NCBI GenBank assembly: GCA_963422375.2
Contig: OY729428.2
Coordinates: 2,048,001 to 2,112,000 of the forward strand
DNA length: 64,000 nt
Origin: Bryobacterales bacterium
GTDB lineage: Bacteria; Acidobacteriota; Terriglobia; Bryobacterales; UBA6623
Direction of reading: 5' to 3'
This document shows positions 9,369 to 18,081 of the stretch, in pieces. A program made the position numbers and the translations under genes. Numbering within the stretch: position 1 is the stretch's first letter; every line of letters starts with the position of its first letter. The notes below the pieces were generated by a model. The model was given only the letters and a program-made list of their open reading frames with translations. It had not been told where the DNA came from and ran no database searches.

Positions 9369-10439
9369 ATGATTGGACGCGTGCCTGCGGTCGACTCGGA
9401 GACGGTCTCCGCCGCGGCAGGCGGGGCCGGCCCCGCGGGGAGGCGCGATCTGCCCGCGGGCCTCGCCGTGCTGGCGCTGGCGGTCGCGGCGGTCCTACCG
9501 CCCCCCGCGGCAGGCCAAGGCGACTGGCCGCCGCGGGGCCAGGCCCTAGCAGCGTTCAGCGAGGCGCGCTGGCCTCCCGGGCAGCAGTACCTCGGGAGCC
9601 AGATCTGCCAGGGGTGCCACGAGAAGGTGTGGGAGCGATTCCCGGCCAACCCGCACTTCAAGCCGGCGGCTCGGCCGACTCGGCCCGCTGACAGCACGGG
9701 CTGCGAGGGATGCCACGGCCCGGCCGGTCTCCACGTCGTCGATCCCTCGAACGCGATGATCCTCCGGTTCCCGGAGATCGGCCCGCGCCAGGAGCAGGAG
9801 GCATGCCTGCGCTGCCACGCCGGGGATTTCGGCAAGATGCACGTGCGCCGCTCCGCGCACCTGACCGGCGAGGTTGGATGCGGCGGTTGCCACTCGATCC
9901 ACCGCCCGCACGACAACCGGACCCTGCTGGCCGACGACCAGCGCTCCCTCTGCTACGGCTGCCACCGCGAGATCGAGGCCCGCTTCGCCATGCCGTTCAA
10001 GCACCGCGTCAACGAGGGCGCGATGGACTGCACCGACTGCCACAACCCGCACGGGGCCGCGCTGGCGACCTGGCGCACCGCGCACGCGCCGCGCATGGTC
10101 TCCCGGGCCATGGGGAACGCCCCGCCCTGCGTGCGATGCCACGCGGACCTGCGCGGGCCGTTCGTCCACGAGCACCCGCCCGTGCGGGTGGAGGGCTGCC
10201 AGGCGTGCCACGACCCGCACGGCAGCCCCAACCCGCGCCTGCTCAGCCGGCCGGCGGCCTTCGCGCTCTGCATGGAATGCCACAGCGACGTGGCCGGCGC
10301 GGGATTCGGCCTGGGCGACAGCGGGATTCGCGGGCCGAGCCCGTGGCTGCACAACCTAGCGGATCCCTCCTTCCGGGAGTGCGTGACCTGCCACTCCCGG
10401 ATTCACGGCTCGAACGCCGACCCACTGTTCCGCCGATGA
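9369..10439 (+). CDS. Decaheme c-type cytochrome, DmsE/MtrA/PioA family
   Basis: Ten CxxCH motifs (CQGCH, CEGCH, CLRCH, CGGCH, CYGCH, CTDCH, CVRCH, CQACH, CMECH, CVTCH); [21 protein letters not shown] and IHGSN signatures; hydrophobic signal. Exact start uncertain. Confidence 0.92.
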   Translation: MIGRVPAVDSETVSAAAGGAGPAGRRDLPAGLAVLALAVAAVLPPPAAGQGDWPPRGQALAAFSEARWPPGQQYLGSQICQGCHEKVWERFPANPHFKPAARPTRPADSTGCEGCHGPAGLHVVDPSNAMILRFPEIGPRQEQEACLRCHAGDFGKMHVRRSAHLTGEVGCGGCHSIHRPHDNRTLLADDQRSLCYGCHREIEARFAMPFKHRVNEGAMDCTDCHNPHGAALATWRTAHAPRMVSRAMGNAPPCVRCHADLRGPFVHEHPPVRVEGCQACHDPHGSPNPRLLSRPAAFALCMECHSDVAGAGFGLGDSGIRGPSPWLHNLADPSFRECVTCHSRIHGSNADPLFRR

Positions 10440-12430
10440 GACTCTGCATGGCCGCGCTGCTGGCCTGCGTTCCGGCCATCGCGCAGCGCCCTGTCGACCA
10501 GACGCTGCGGCCTGGCGGCGGGACGCGGCCCGCGGGCGGCTACTCCCTAGCGAGCTCGTTCGATCTCGGATACCGGTTCGCCGAGGTGGGCGGGCAGCGC
10601 GACCTGTACCGCGCCAGCGTGAACTACGGAGACGGGCTGCGACTGTTTCGGGGGAACCTGCGCGTCGCCGCGGCGGACGGGAAGGGACGCGGCCTCGACG
10701 AGTTCTCCCTGCGGTCGACGGGCGGCGCGGGCGACCCCTACCAGTCCCACGCGGTCCGAGTCGAGAAGAACGGCCTGTACCGCTACGACCTGCGCTACAG
10801 GCTGACGCGCTACTACAATCGCCTGCCGTCCCTGTGGCGCGGCGAGCACGGCCTGTTCACCGAGCGCGCCGCGCAGGCGCACGACTTCACCCTCCGGCCG
10901 GGATCGAGCTTCGAGATTCTGCTCGGATACGATCGCAACTCACGGCGCGGGCCGGGCTTCTCGTCTGCGGGCGCCGCGGACGGCTTCGGCATGCTCGACG
11001 AGCGGAACTTTCTCCGTTTCCGGACGAATCTGCGGCAGGCGAACCGCCAGTATCGCGCCGGATTCACGGCGCGGTTCGCGGGGCTGGCCCTTACCGCGAC
11101 GCGCGCCGTCGACCTATACAAGGAGGGAGGCGAGCAGGACGACGCTTCGGGCCTGCCGTCGAGCGCATCCAACGTCCAGCCGCTCGCCGCGCTGAGCCGG
11201 GCCGAGCCCTATCACGGCCGGACCCCGGTCACCGCCGTGGCGCTGCGAACGCAGCGGGACCGGGCGGTGGGATTCAGATCCCAATTCGTGTATTCCGGCG
11301 GGTCGCGGGACTCAGTTCTCCACGAACGTGTCGAAGCACTCGATCCGGCGGCTTCCGGCGCGGCCCTGCGCGAGTCGCTCGTCATCGGTGCCGCGCAGCG
11401 CAGGCAAAGCTCCGGTGACGCGACGGCGGTGCTGGCCCCCGGCGGGCGCTGGACGATCACTAATACCAGCGGCTTCCACAACACGCGCATCGACGGCGAC
11501 GCGGCAATCGCGGAAATCGGGCCCTACCGCGAAGAGTTCCTGCGATTCAGCCGCTTGGGAATCCGGCGCATCTCCAACGCTACCGAAGCTACGGTCCAAG
11601 TCGCCAGGCAACTCTCCGTCTACGGCGCTTTGCGCCTCTCCTCGCGCAGGCTGCGCTCGGCACGCAGCCTGCAGTACCCGGACTTCGGCTTCTCGGACGA
11701 GCCGGAAGCGGCGGACAACAGCGTCCGGTCCGGCGTCGGCGGGCTTCGCTGGCTGCCTGGACGCAACGTCCGTGCGTCCTTCGACTTCGAGTCCGGCAGG
11801 GCGGACCGCCCCTTGGCGCCGACCAGCGAGCGCCGCTTCCACAACCAGTCCGCCCGCATTCGCTGGCGCGGCGCGCAGTGGACGCTGAGCGGCTACGCCA
11901 GGAATCGCGTCAACGACAATCCGACCGAGCTGGTCGCCTACAGCACGAAGAGCCGCGACGGCGGAATCTACGCCACTTGGCTGCATCCGCGTTCCGGCAC
12001 GGTGGTGAACGCCGGATGCAGCCGCCTCGAAATGGAGACGTCGGCCGGAATCCTGAACCTGTTCGATTCAGGACGAGGCCCCTCTCGACTGCGGAGCGCC
12101 TACTCGAGCGACATTCGCAGCCTGAGCGTTGCGGTCCTAGCGCGCCTCAGAAAGCGCGCTTCGATCCACGCCGGCTACAGCTTGACGCAGGATGTCGGTC
12201 GGGACGGCTTCGCGGCCCGCGCAGCGGAGGCGTTCGCACTCGAGGGCGGGCTCCTGGTCTCGAGCCTTCCGATGGCCTACCACTCGCCGCAGGCGCGCCT
12301 GTCCGTCAAGATTTCCGACAGTCTAGCTTGGAATGCCGGCTGGCAGTTCTACTCCTATGTCGAGAGCGTCGCCGGGAGACGCGGATTCCGCTCGCATATC
12401 GGGCTAACGAGCCTCACAATCGGATTCTGA
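10436..12430 (+). CDS. Outer-membrane beta-barrel, MtrB/PioB/DmsF-like partner (664 aa)
   Basis: ATGA overlap with the decaheme gene; signal peptide [16 protein letters not shown]; many amphipathic beta strands; C-terminal Phe (LTSLTIGF). Confidence 0.75.
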   Translation: MRLCMAALLACVPAIAQRPVDQTLRPGGGTRPAGGYSLASSFDLGYRFAEVGGQRDLYRASVNYGDGLRLFRGNLRVAAADGKGRGLDEFSLRSTGGAGDPYQSHAVRVEKNGLYRYDLRYRLTRYYNRLPSLWRGEHGLFTERAAQAHDFTLRPGSSFEILLGYDRNSRRGPGFSSAGAADGFGMLDERNFLRFRTNLRQANRQYRAGFTARFAGLALTATRAVDLYKEGGEQDDASGLPSSASNVQPLAALSRAEPYHGRTPVTAVALRTQRDRAVGFRSQFVYSGGSRDSVLHERVEALDPAASGAALRESLVIGAAQRRQSSGDATAVLAPGGRWTITNTSGFHNTRIDGDAAIAEIGPYREEFLRFSRLGIRRISNATEATVQVARQLSVYGALRLSSRRLRSARSLQYPDFGFSDEPEAADNSVRSGVGGLRWLPGRNVRASFDFESGRADRPLAPTSERRFHNQSARIRWRGAQWTLSGYARNRVNDNPTELVAYSTKSRDGGIYATWLHPRSGTVVNAGCSRLEMETSAGILNLFDSGRGPSRLRSAYSSDIRSLSVAVLARLRKRASIHAGYSLTQDVGRDGFAARAAEAFALEGGLLVSSLPMAYHSPQARLSVKISDSLAWNAGWQFYSYVESVAGRRGFRSHIGLTSLTIGF

Positions 12431-12581
12431 TTGGTGCCCGTGGGGGCGCCGGTCCAGCGTATCCGATGTGGAATCGCCACGACCGGTGGCGGTCACGGCG
12501 GAACGTCGCGCCCCGCCTACACCCCGCCGCTACCGGGACCGTCCGCGTCGGGGTGCTGCCGCTGCCACCAACCGCCTGAAT

Positions 12582-12601
12582 CGCCGAGCCGCGGCTCGGC
12601 G
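12582..12601. terminator. Perfect 20-bp palindrome between convergent genes, possible bidirectional terminator
   Basis: CGCCGAGCCGCGGCTCGGCG; no U-tract. Confidence 0.35.
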
Positions 12602-12620
12602 CCGCTGTTCGCCTGCGATC

Positions 12621-13316
12621 TCAGCTGGACTCCTGGCCGAACCCGAGCTCCCGGCGGAGCTTGCTGAGGGTGAGCGTCTGCAAGGTCACCTTGCCCGGAC
12701 CCGTCAGCGTCGCGAGGAACAGCCCTTCGCCGCCGAACAGGGACGTGGCGATCCCTCCGGCCAGCCCGATGCTGTAATCGACAGTCTCGTCGAAGCAGAC
12801 CAGGCACCCTGTGTCGACTTGAAGCTGCTCGCCGGAGGCGAGATTGAATTCCACGAAATCCCCGCCCGCGTGAATGAAGGCCGTGCCCGGCCCCGTCAGC
12901 CGCTGCAGGATGAAGCCCTCGCCGCCGAACAGGCCCGCCCCGATCCGCTTGGTGAGCGCGACGCCAAGCTGCACGGTGGCCTCGGCGGCTACGAAGCCGT
13001 CCCGCTGGACCAGCACGGACTCCCCGGCCCTGAGATCCAGCGCGCGGAGCCGTCCCGGGAAGTCCCCTGCGAAGCCGACCTCCCCGTCGCCGGAAGGGCT
13101 CGAGAAATGCGTCACGAAAAGCGACTCCCCGGTGAGCGTGCGCTTGAGCCCGCCTAGGAGCTTCCCGCCGATGCCCTTGCCGTGCATCGACGTGCGCCAT
13201 TCCACATGCTGCTGCTTGTAGACCATCTTGCCGGCCTCGGCGATGACCTCGTCGCCCGGCCTGAGGCGCACTCTCACAACTTCAAGGTTGTTCCCTTCGA
13301 TGGCATAGTTGATCAT
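12621..13316 (-). CDS. AIM24 family protein (TIGR00266-like)
   Basis: AEAGKM, GGLKRTLTGESLF, GLFGGEGFILQRLTGPG, VDTGC and GGEGLFLATLTGPGKVTLQT motifs. Confidence 0.9.
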   Translation of the reverse strand: MINYAIEGNNLEVVRVRLRPGDEVIAEAGKMVYKQQHVEWRTSMHGKGIGGKLLGGLKRTLTGESLFVTHFSSPSGDGEVGFAGDFPGRLRALDLRAGESVLVQRDGFVAAEATVQLGVALTKRIGAGLFGGEGFILQRLTGPGTAFIHAGGDFVEFNLASGEQLQVDTGCLVCFDETVDYSIGLAGGIATSLFGGEGLFLATLTGPGKVTLQTLTLSKLRRELGFGQESS

Positions 13317-13417
13317 GGGATGCACTTCGTTCGTCCATTGTACGGTCCGCCGCTCCCGGCCCCGCAGCCGGGGCCTCGGTCGCGCAACCCGGCGGGGACG
13401 GGCGATAGAATGAGCCA

Positions 13418-14515
13418 ATGCGCACGGCGGGACGGATCCTTGCTCCCCTCTGCGTAGCCGTCGCGCTGGCAGCGCAGACCGGGCTGAGCTACAGCCAGCT
13501 CCGGCAGTTCGTCAAGTCGTCGGTCGAGCAGAGGCTCAAGGACAAGGAGGTAGCTACCTACCTGAAGAAGCAGGTCGTCCGATTCGCGGTCACCGACGGG
13601 CTCGTCGAGGAATTCGTCGGATGGGGCATCGGCCCCCGGACGCTCAAGGCGCTCGAGGACTTGCAGCGGTTCACTGCGGGCATGCCGGAGCCGGGCCCCG
13701 AGCCGGCCGCCGAGGCCCAGGCCAGGCCGAGGCAGCCCCCGCCTCCCAGCGCCGCCGAGCAGCAGCAGATCATCGAGGCGGCCCGGCGTCAGGCCGAGGC
13801 CTACGCTGCGGAACTCCCGAACTATGTCTGCCTGCAGGTCACCCGCCGGTTCTTCGACCCGACCGGCCTTTCAATGGACTGGCTCAAGCACGACGAGATC
13901 AAGACCCGTCTCAGCTACGTGTCGGGGCGGGAGATCTACGAGACGCTCAGCGTCAATGAAGTGGCCACGACCAAGGGGTTTTCCGACTTGGGCGGGACGA
14001 CCAGCACCGGGGAGTTCGGCACAGTGCTCGCCAGCCTCTTCGACCGCAAGACGGACGCGAGGTTCCGCTGGGCGCGTCACTCCCTGCTTCGCGGCAAGCC
14101 CGTGTACGTATTCCACACCGAGGTGCTTCAGGCGCGCTCCAGCTGGACCCTCTCCTCGACGGGCCCCCCTGGCGACGGCAAGGGCACGCGCCAGGTTCGG
14201 GCCGGCTACACGGGCCTCGTGTACATCGGTGCGGAGTCCGGGCAGGTTCTCCGCATCGTGATGGAAGCGGAGGGCGTGCCCAGCAGCTTTCCCCTGCAGG
14301 AGGCCCGGTCGCGGCTCGACTTCGACTTCATAGATCTCAGCGGCCAGACGTTCCTGCTGCCGCTCAAGGCGGAGGCCTTCGTGCGCAGCGGCCGCCTGCT
14401 CACGCGCAACGACATGGAATTCCGTCTCTACCGCAAGTTCACGGCGGAGGCGACCATCACCTTCGACGAGATCGAGGATCTCGAGCCGTTGCCCGACGAG
14501 GAGCCGATCGAGTGA
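13418..14515 (+). CDS. Hypothetical secreted protein (acidobacterial type)
   Basis: Signal peptide, helical N-domain, Pro-rich linker and beta-rich C-domain (LPNYVCLQVTRR, STGEFG, GLVYI); strong codon bias. Confidence 0.8.
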   Translation: MRTAGRILAPLCVAVALAAQTGLSYSQLRQFVKSSVEQRLKDKEVATYLKKQVVRFAVTDGLVEEFVGWGIGPRTLKALEDLQRFTAGMPEPGPEPAAEAQARPRQPPPPSAAEQQQIIEAARRQAEAYAAELPNYVCLQVTRRFFDPTGLSMDWLKHDEIKTRLSYVSGREIYETLSVNEVATTKGFSDLGGTTSTGEFGTVLASLFDRKTDARFRWARHSLLRGKPVYVFHTEVLQARSSWTLSSTGPPGDGKGTRQVRAGYTGLVYIGAESGQVLRIVMEAEGVPSSFPLQEARSRLDFDFIDLSGQTFLLPLKAEAFVRSGRLLTRNDMEFRLYRKFTAEATITFDEIEDLEPLPDEEPIE

Positions 14516-14562
14516 CGCGATCCGGCCGGCCCTCTGCCGGGCGCTTATACTCGGCTGCGACC

Positions 14563-15906
14563 ATGAAGATCCCGCTGCTGCTGGCCGCCGCCTTCGCGTC
14601 TTCGGCAATCGCCCAGGAGCCCGGGCGGCAGCTTAACGTCGTCCTGGTCATGGCGGACGACGTGGGCTACGAGTGCTTCGGGGCCTACGGCAGCGACCAG
14701 TACCCTACACCGCGCATCGACAGGCTCGCGGACGGGGGTGTCCGGTTCACGAACTGCTATGCCACCCCCCTCTGCACTCCGAGCCGCGTGGCCTTGATGA
14801 CCGGCAAGAGCAACGTCCGCAACTACGCGGACTTCGGGGCGCTTCCGCCGGACCAGTACACGATCGCCGACCTTTTCCGCGAGGCCGGCTACGCGACCGC
14901 GGTGGCCGGCAAGTGGCAGTTGCAGGGCGGGACTAATGCGCGAGGCATTCCCCCCGGGAACGGCTTCGACACCTACTGCCTCTGGAACACCGGAAATACC
15001 GAAGGGCGCCGCTTCTGGAATCCCTCGATCGAGTGCGACGGCAGGATTATCGACGTCGCCGAGGACGATTACGGCCCCGACATCTTCGCGGACTTCCTGC
15101 TGCGCTTCATCGAGACCAACCAGCGCAGGCCGTTCTTCGTCTACTACCCGATGGTCCTCGTCCACTCGCCCTTCGTGCCGACGCCTCGGTCCGCCGACCG
15201 AGAGTCGCAGGACGAGCAGCTGAACTTCGTCGACATGGTCGCCTACACCGACCACCTCGTGGGGCGGATCCACGACAGGCTGGGAGACCTCGGACTGCTG
15301 CGCAGCACGGTCTTCGTTTTCACCTCGGACAACGGCACGCACCACAGGCTCGCCTCCGATCTCGAGGGCCGGAGCATCCGGGGCGACAAGGGGGCGCCGA
15401 CGGACGCAGGCACGCACGTGCCGCTCGTGGTCAGCGCGCCCGGAAATATCCAAGGCGGCCGGGTCCTCGACGACCTCATCGATTTCGCGGACTTCCTGCC
15501 GACCCTAGCGGAGGCCGCGGGCATCCAGCTGCCCCCCGGGGAGGAGATCGACGGGCGGGGCTTCTGGGACAGGCTGCGCGGCGGCCCGGGGAATCCACGC
15601 GAGTGGCTCTACACCTACTACTTCCCGCGGCCGTACGCCGAGCAATTCACCACGCCATATGCGCACCCCGAGGTCCTGTACGTCCGCGACAAGCGCTACA
15701 AGCTCTACGGCAACGGCCAGCTGTTCGACTTGCAGGCGGATCCCGCCGAGTCCCGACCCCTGCCGACGGGTCACGCCGCCTCGCGGTCCGCCAGGGCGAG
15801 GCTCGGAGCCGCGCTGCGGTCCATGCCGGCCCGCGGGGCTCTGATTCCGCCCGAGCGCCGCGCCGCTTCCAAGGCCGCGCCGCGCCCCCGCTGGCCCCCG
15901 CGGTGA
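14563..15906 (+). CDS. Secreted formylglycine-dependent sulfatase (arylsulfatase A-like)
   Basis: MADDVG, CTPSR, GKWQL, TSDNG and HVPL motifs; signal peptide. Confidence 0.93.
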   Translation: MKIPLLLAAAFASSAIAQEPGRQLNVVLVMADDVGYECFGAYGSDQYPTPRIDRLADGGVRFTNCYATPLCTPSRVALMTGKSNVRNYADFGALPPDQYTIADLFREAGYATAVAGKWQLQGGTNARGIPPGNGFDTYCLWNTGNTEGRRFWNPSIECDGRIIDVAEDDYGPDIFADFLLRFIETNQRRPFFVYYPMVLVHSPFVPTPRSADRESQDEQLNFVDMVAYTDHLVGRIHDRLGDLGLLRSTVFVFTSDNGTHHRLASDLEGRSIRGDKGAPTDAGTHVPLVVSAPGNIQGGRVLDDLIDFADFLPTLAEAAGIQLPPGEEIDGRGFWDRLRGGPGNPREWLYTYYFPRPYAEQFTTPYAHPEVLYVRDKRYKLYGNGQLFDLQADPAESRPLPTGHAASRSARARLGAALRSMPARGALIPPERRAASKAAPRPRWPPR

Positions 15907-15958
15907 TGGGGCCGCTTCGCAGCGCTTCCGTCCCCGGCCGGCGGGCTACGATAGGCGC

Positions 15959-18052
15959 ATGGATCCGAGGATTCTCGCGACGGCTCTCACGCTCGCGCTC
16001 GCCGTCGTCCTGAACTGCGGCCCCAGTCCGGGCCCTCCGCCCCCAACTGAAGCATCCATGGTCGAGGAGGTGCTGCACGGAGTCACCGTTCGCGACCCGT
16101 ACCGTTGGCTGGAGGCAGCCGACAGCCCCGAGACCCGCGCCTGGATCGACAGCCAGACGGCCTACACGACCGCCTACCTGAAGCAGGTGGCGGCCCGCGA
16201 TGGCATCCGCGAGCGCATGGCGGAAATCCTGGCATCGGGCTCGATCTCTGCGCCCAGGGAGGCGGGCGGGCGGTACTTCTTCTCGCGCAGGGACGGCGAT
16301 CAAGACCAGCCCGTCGTGTACATGCGCGAGGGGATCGACGGCGAAGACAGGCCCCTGCTCGATCCCAACGCGATGAGCGACGACGGCACGACGACGGTCG
16401 ACTGGTACGTTCCCTCGAAGGACGGGTTGCTGCTGGCGTACGGCAAGTCCGTCGAAGGGACTGAGACCAGCACGATGTACATCCTCGACATCGCCGCGGG
16501 CGAGAACCTAGAGGACGAATTCCCGAAGGTGCGCTTCGCCAACCCGCAGTGGCTGGGGGACGGCTCGGGGTTCTACTATTCCCGGCCTCAGGACGTGGAA
16601 TCGATCGGTCCGGGCGAGGAGCTGTACGACCGGCGGGTGTACCGGCACGAGCTGGGGCGGCACTACAGCCAGGATCCGGTGGTATTCGGAGAGGATCTCG
16701 CAAGGGCCGAGATCCCCGACGCGGCCCTCAGCCACGACGGGCGCTACCTCCTGCTCGACACCTTTCTCGGCTGGGGACGAAACCACCTCTACGTCCGGGA
16801 TCTGAAGACCGGGCGCACCGCCACCATCGCCGAGGACGGGCAGTTCAGCTATACCGGCGAGATCGCCGACGGGACGCTCTATATGCTCACGAACGCGAAC
16901 GCGCCCAGGTACCGCGTGGTGGCTGTCGACCTGCGCGACCCGCGACCCCCGGCCTGGAGGACGGTCGTGCCCGAGGGCGACGCCGTAATCGAGATCGCGG
17001 CCGTGGCAGGGGGCCGGCTGTATGTCGTCAGCATGCGCGACGCGCACTCGGAATTGCATTCCTACGCGCTGGACGGCTCGGACAGGCGCGCGATTCCGCT
17101 GCCCGGTCTCGGCACGGTTGACGCTTTCTCGTCGAGGGCAGCGGCTAGCGAGGTCTTCCTATCGTTCAGTTCATTCGTGCAGGCTCCCGCGATCTACCGC
17201 ATCGACGGCGATCTTGCCGAGCCCGTCGTCTGGGAGAGGGTGGACTCGCCGGTCGATCCCGGCGCGTTCGATGTCCGCCAGGTCTTCTACGCCAGCAAGG
17301 ACGGCACCAGGATCCCGATGTATTTGATCGGGCGCTCGGGCCTGCCCGCGGACGGCAGCGTGCCCGGCCTGCTGTACGGCTACGGCGGTTTCAATATCGC
17401 CTTGACGCCCAGCTACTCGACATGGATCTTCCCGTGGATCGAAGCGGGCAACCTGCTGGCGATAGCTAACTTGCGCGGCGGGAACGAGTACGGCGAGGAA
17501 TGGCATCGCGCCGGCATGCTCGGGAACAAGCAGAACGTATTCGACGACTTCATCGCTGCGGGGGAATACCTGAAAGCCGAGGGGCTGGTCGATCCGAACC
17601 GCCTTGCGATTCACGGACGCAGCAATGGCGGCCTGCTGGTCGGAGCGGCCCTGACGCAGCGTCCGGATCTTTGGAGCGCAGCCGTTTCGGGCGTGCCGCT
17701 GCTCGACATGCTGCGGTACGACAAGTTCCGCATGGCCAAGCTCTGGGTCTCCGAGTACGGCAGCGCCGAGAATGCCGAGGACTTCGCGTGGCTCCACGCC
17801 TACTCGCCCTACCACCGGGTCGAGGACGGCACGGCCTATCCCGCGACGCTGATCTACACGGCGGACTCCGATTCCAGGGTGGATCCGATGCATGCGCGCA
17901 AGATGGTTGCCCGGTTGCAGGCCGCCAACGCGGGCGATGAGCCGGTCCTGCTGCGCTACGAAGACGCGGCCGGGCACGGCCGCGGCAAGCCCCTGCGCAA
18001 GATCGTCGACGAGTGGGCCGACATCTGGAGCTTTCTGTTCGCCCAGATCTAG
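15959..18052 (+). CDS. Prolyl oligopeptidase (S9A), secreted or lipoprotein
   Basis: DPYRWLE, YGYGGF, NLRGGNEYG, GRSNGG (Ser), DSRV (Asp) and AGHG (His). Confidence 0.95.
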   Translation: MDPRILATALTLALAVVLNCGPSPGPPPPTEASMVEEVLHGVTVRDPYRWLEAADSPETRAWIDSQTAYTTAYLKQVAARDGIRERMAEILASGSISAPREAGGRYFFSRRDGDQDQPVVYMREGIDGEDRPLLDPNAMSDDGTTTVDWYVPSKDGLLLAYGKSVEGTETSTMYILDIAAGENLEDEFPKVRFANPQWLGDGSGFYYSRPQDVESIGPGEELYDRRVYRHELGRHYSQDPVVFGEDLARAEIPDAALSHDGRYLLLDTFLGWGRNHLYVRDLKTGRTATIAEDGQFSYTGEIADGTLYMLTNANAPRYRVVAVDLRDPRPPAWRTVVPEGDAVIEIAAVAGGRLYVVSMRDAHSELHSYALDGSDRRAIPLPGLGTVDAFSSRAAASEVFLSFSSFVQAPAIYRIDGDLAEPVVWERVDSPVDPGAFDVRQVFYASKDGTRIPMYLIGRSGLPADGSVPGLLYGYGGFNIALTPSYSTWIFPWIEAGNLLAIANLRGGNEYGEEWHRAGMLGNKQNVFDDFIAAGEYLKAEGLVDPNRLAIHGRSNGGLLVGAALTQRPDLWSAAVSGVPLLDMLRYDKFRMAKLWVSEYGSAENAEDFAWLHAYSPYHRVEDGTAYPATLIYTADSDSRVDPMHARKMVARLQAANAGDEPVLLRYEDAAGHGRGKPLRKIVDEWADIWSFLFAQI

Positions 18053-18081
18053 CGCTCGGGGCGGGATGATACGCTAGCGAG

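Noticed and set aside
9206..9916. 326-aa extended rpsO
   Set aside because: S15 similarity starts at ATG 9205, which has an RBS; the extension is antisense to the cytochrome gene.
9710..10435. N-terminal extension making the beta-barrel ORF 906 aa
   Set aside because: Arg/Pro-rich off-frame overlap with the cytochrome gene; the real start is the ATGA-coupled ATG 10436 with a signal peptide.
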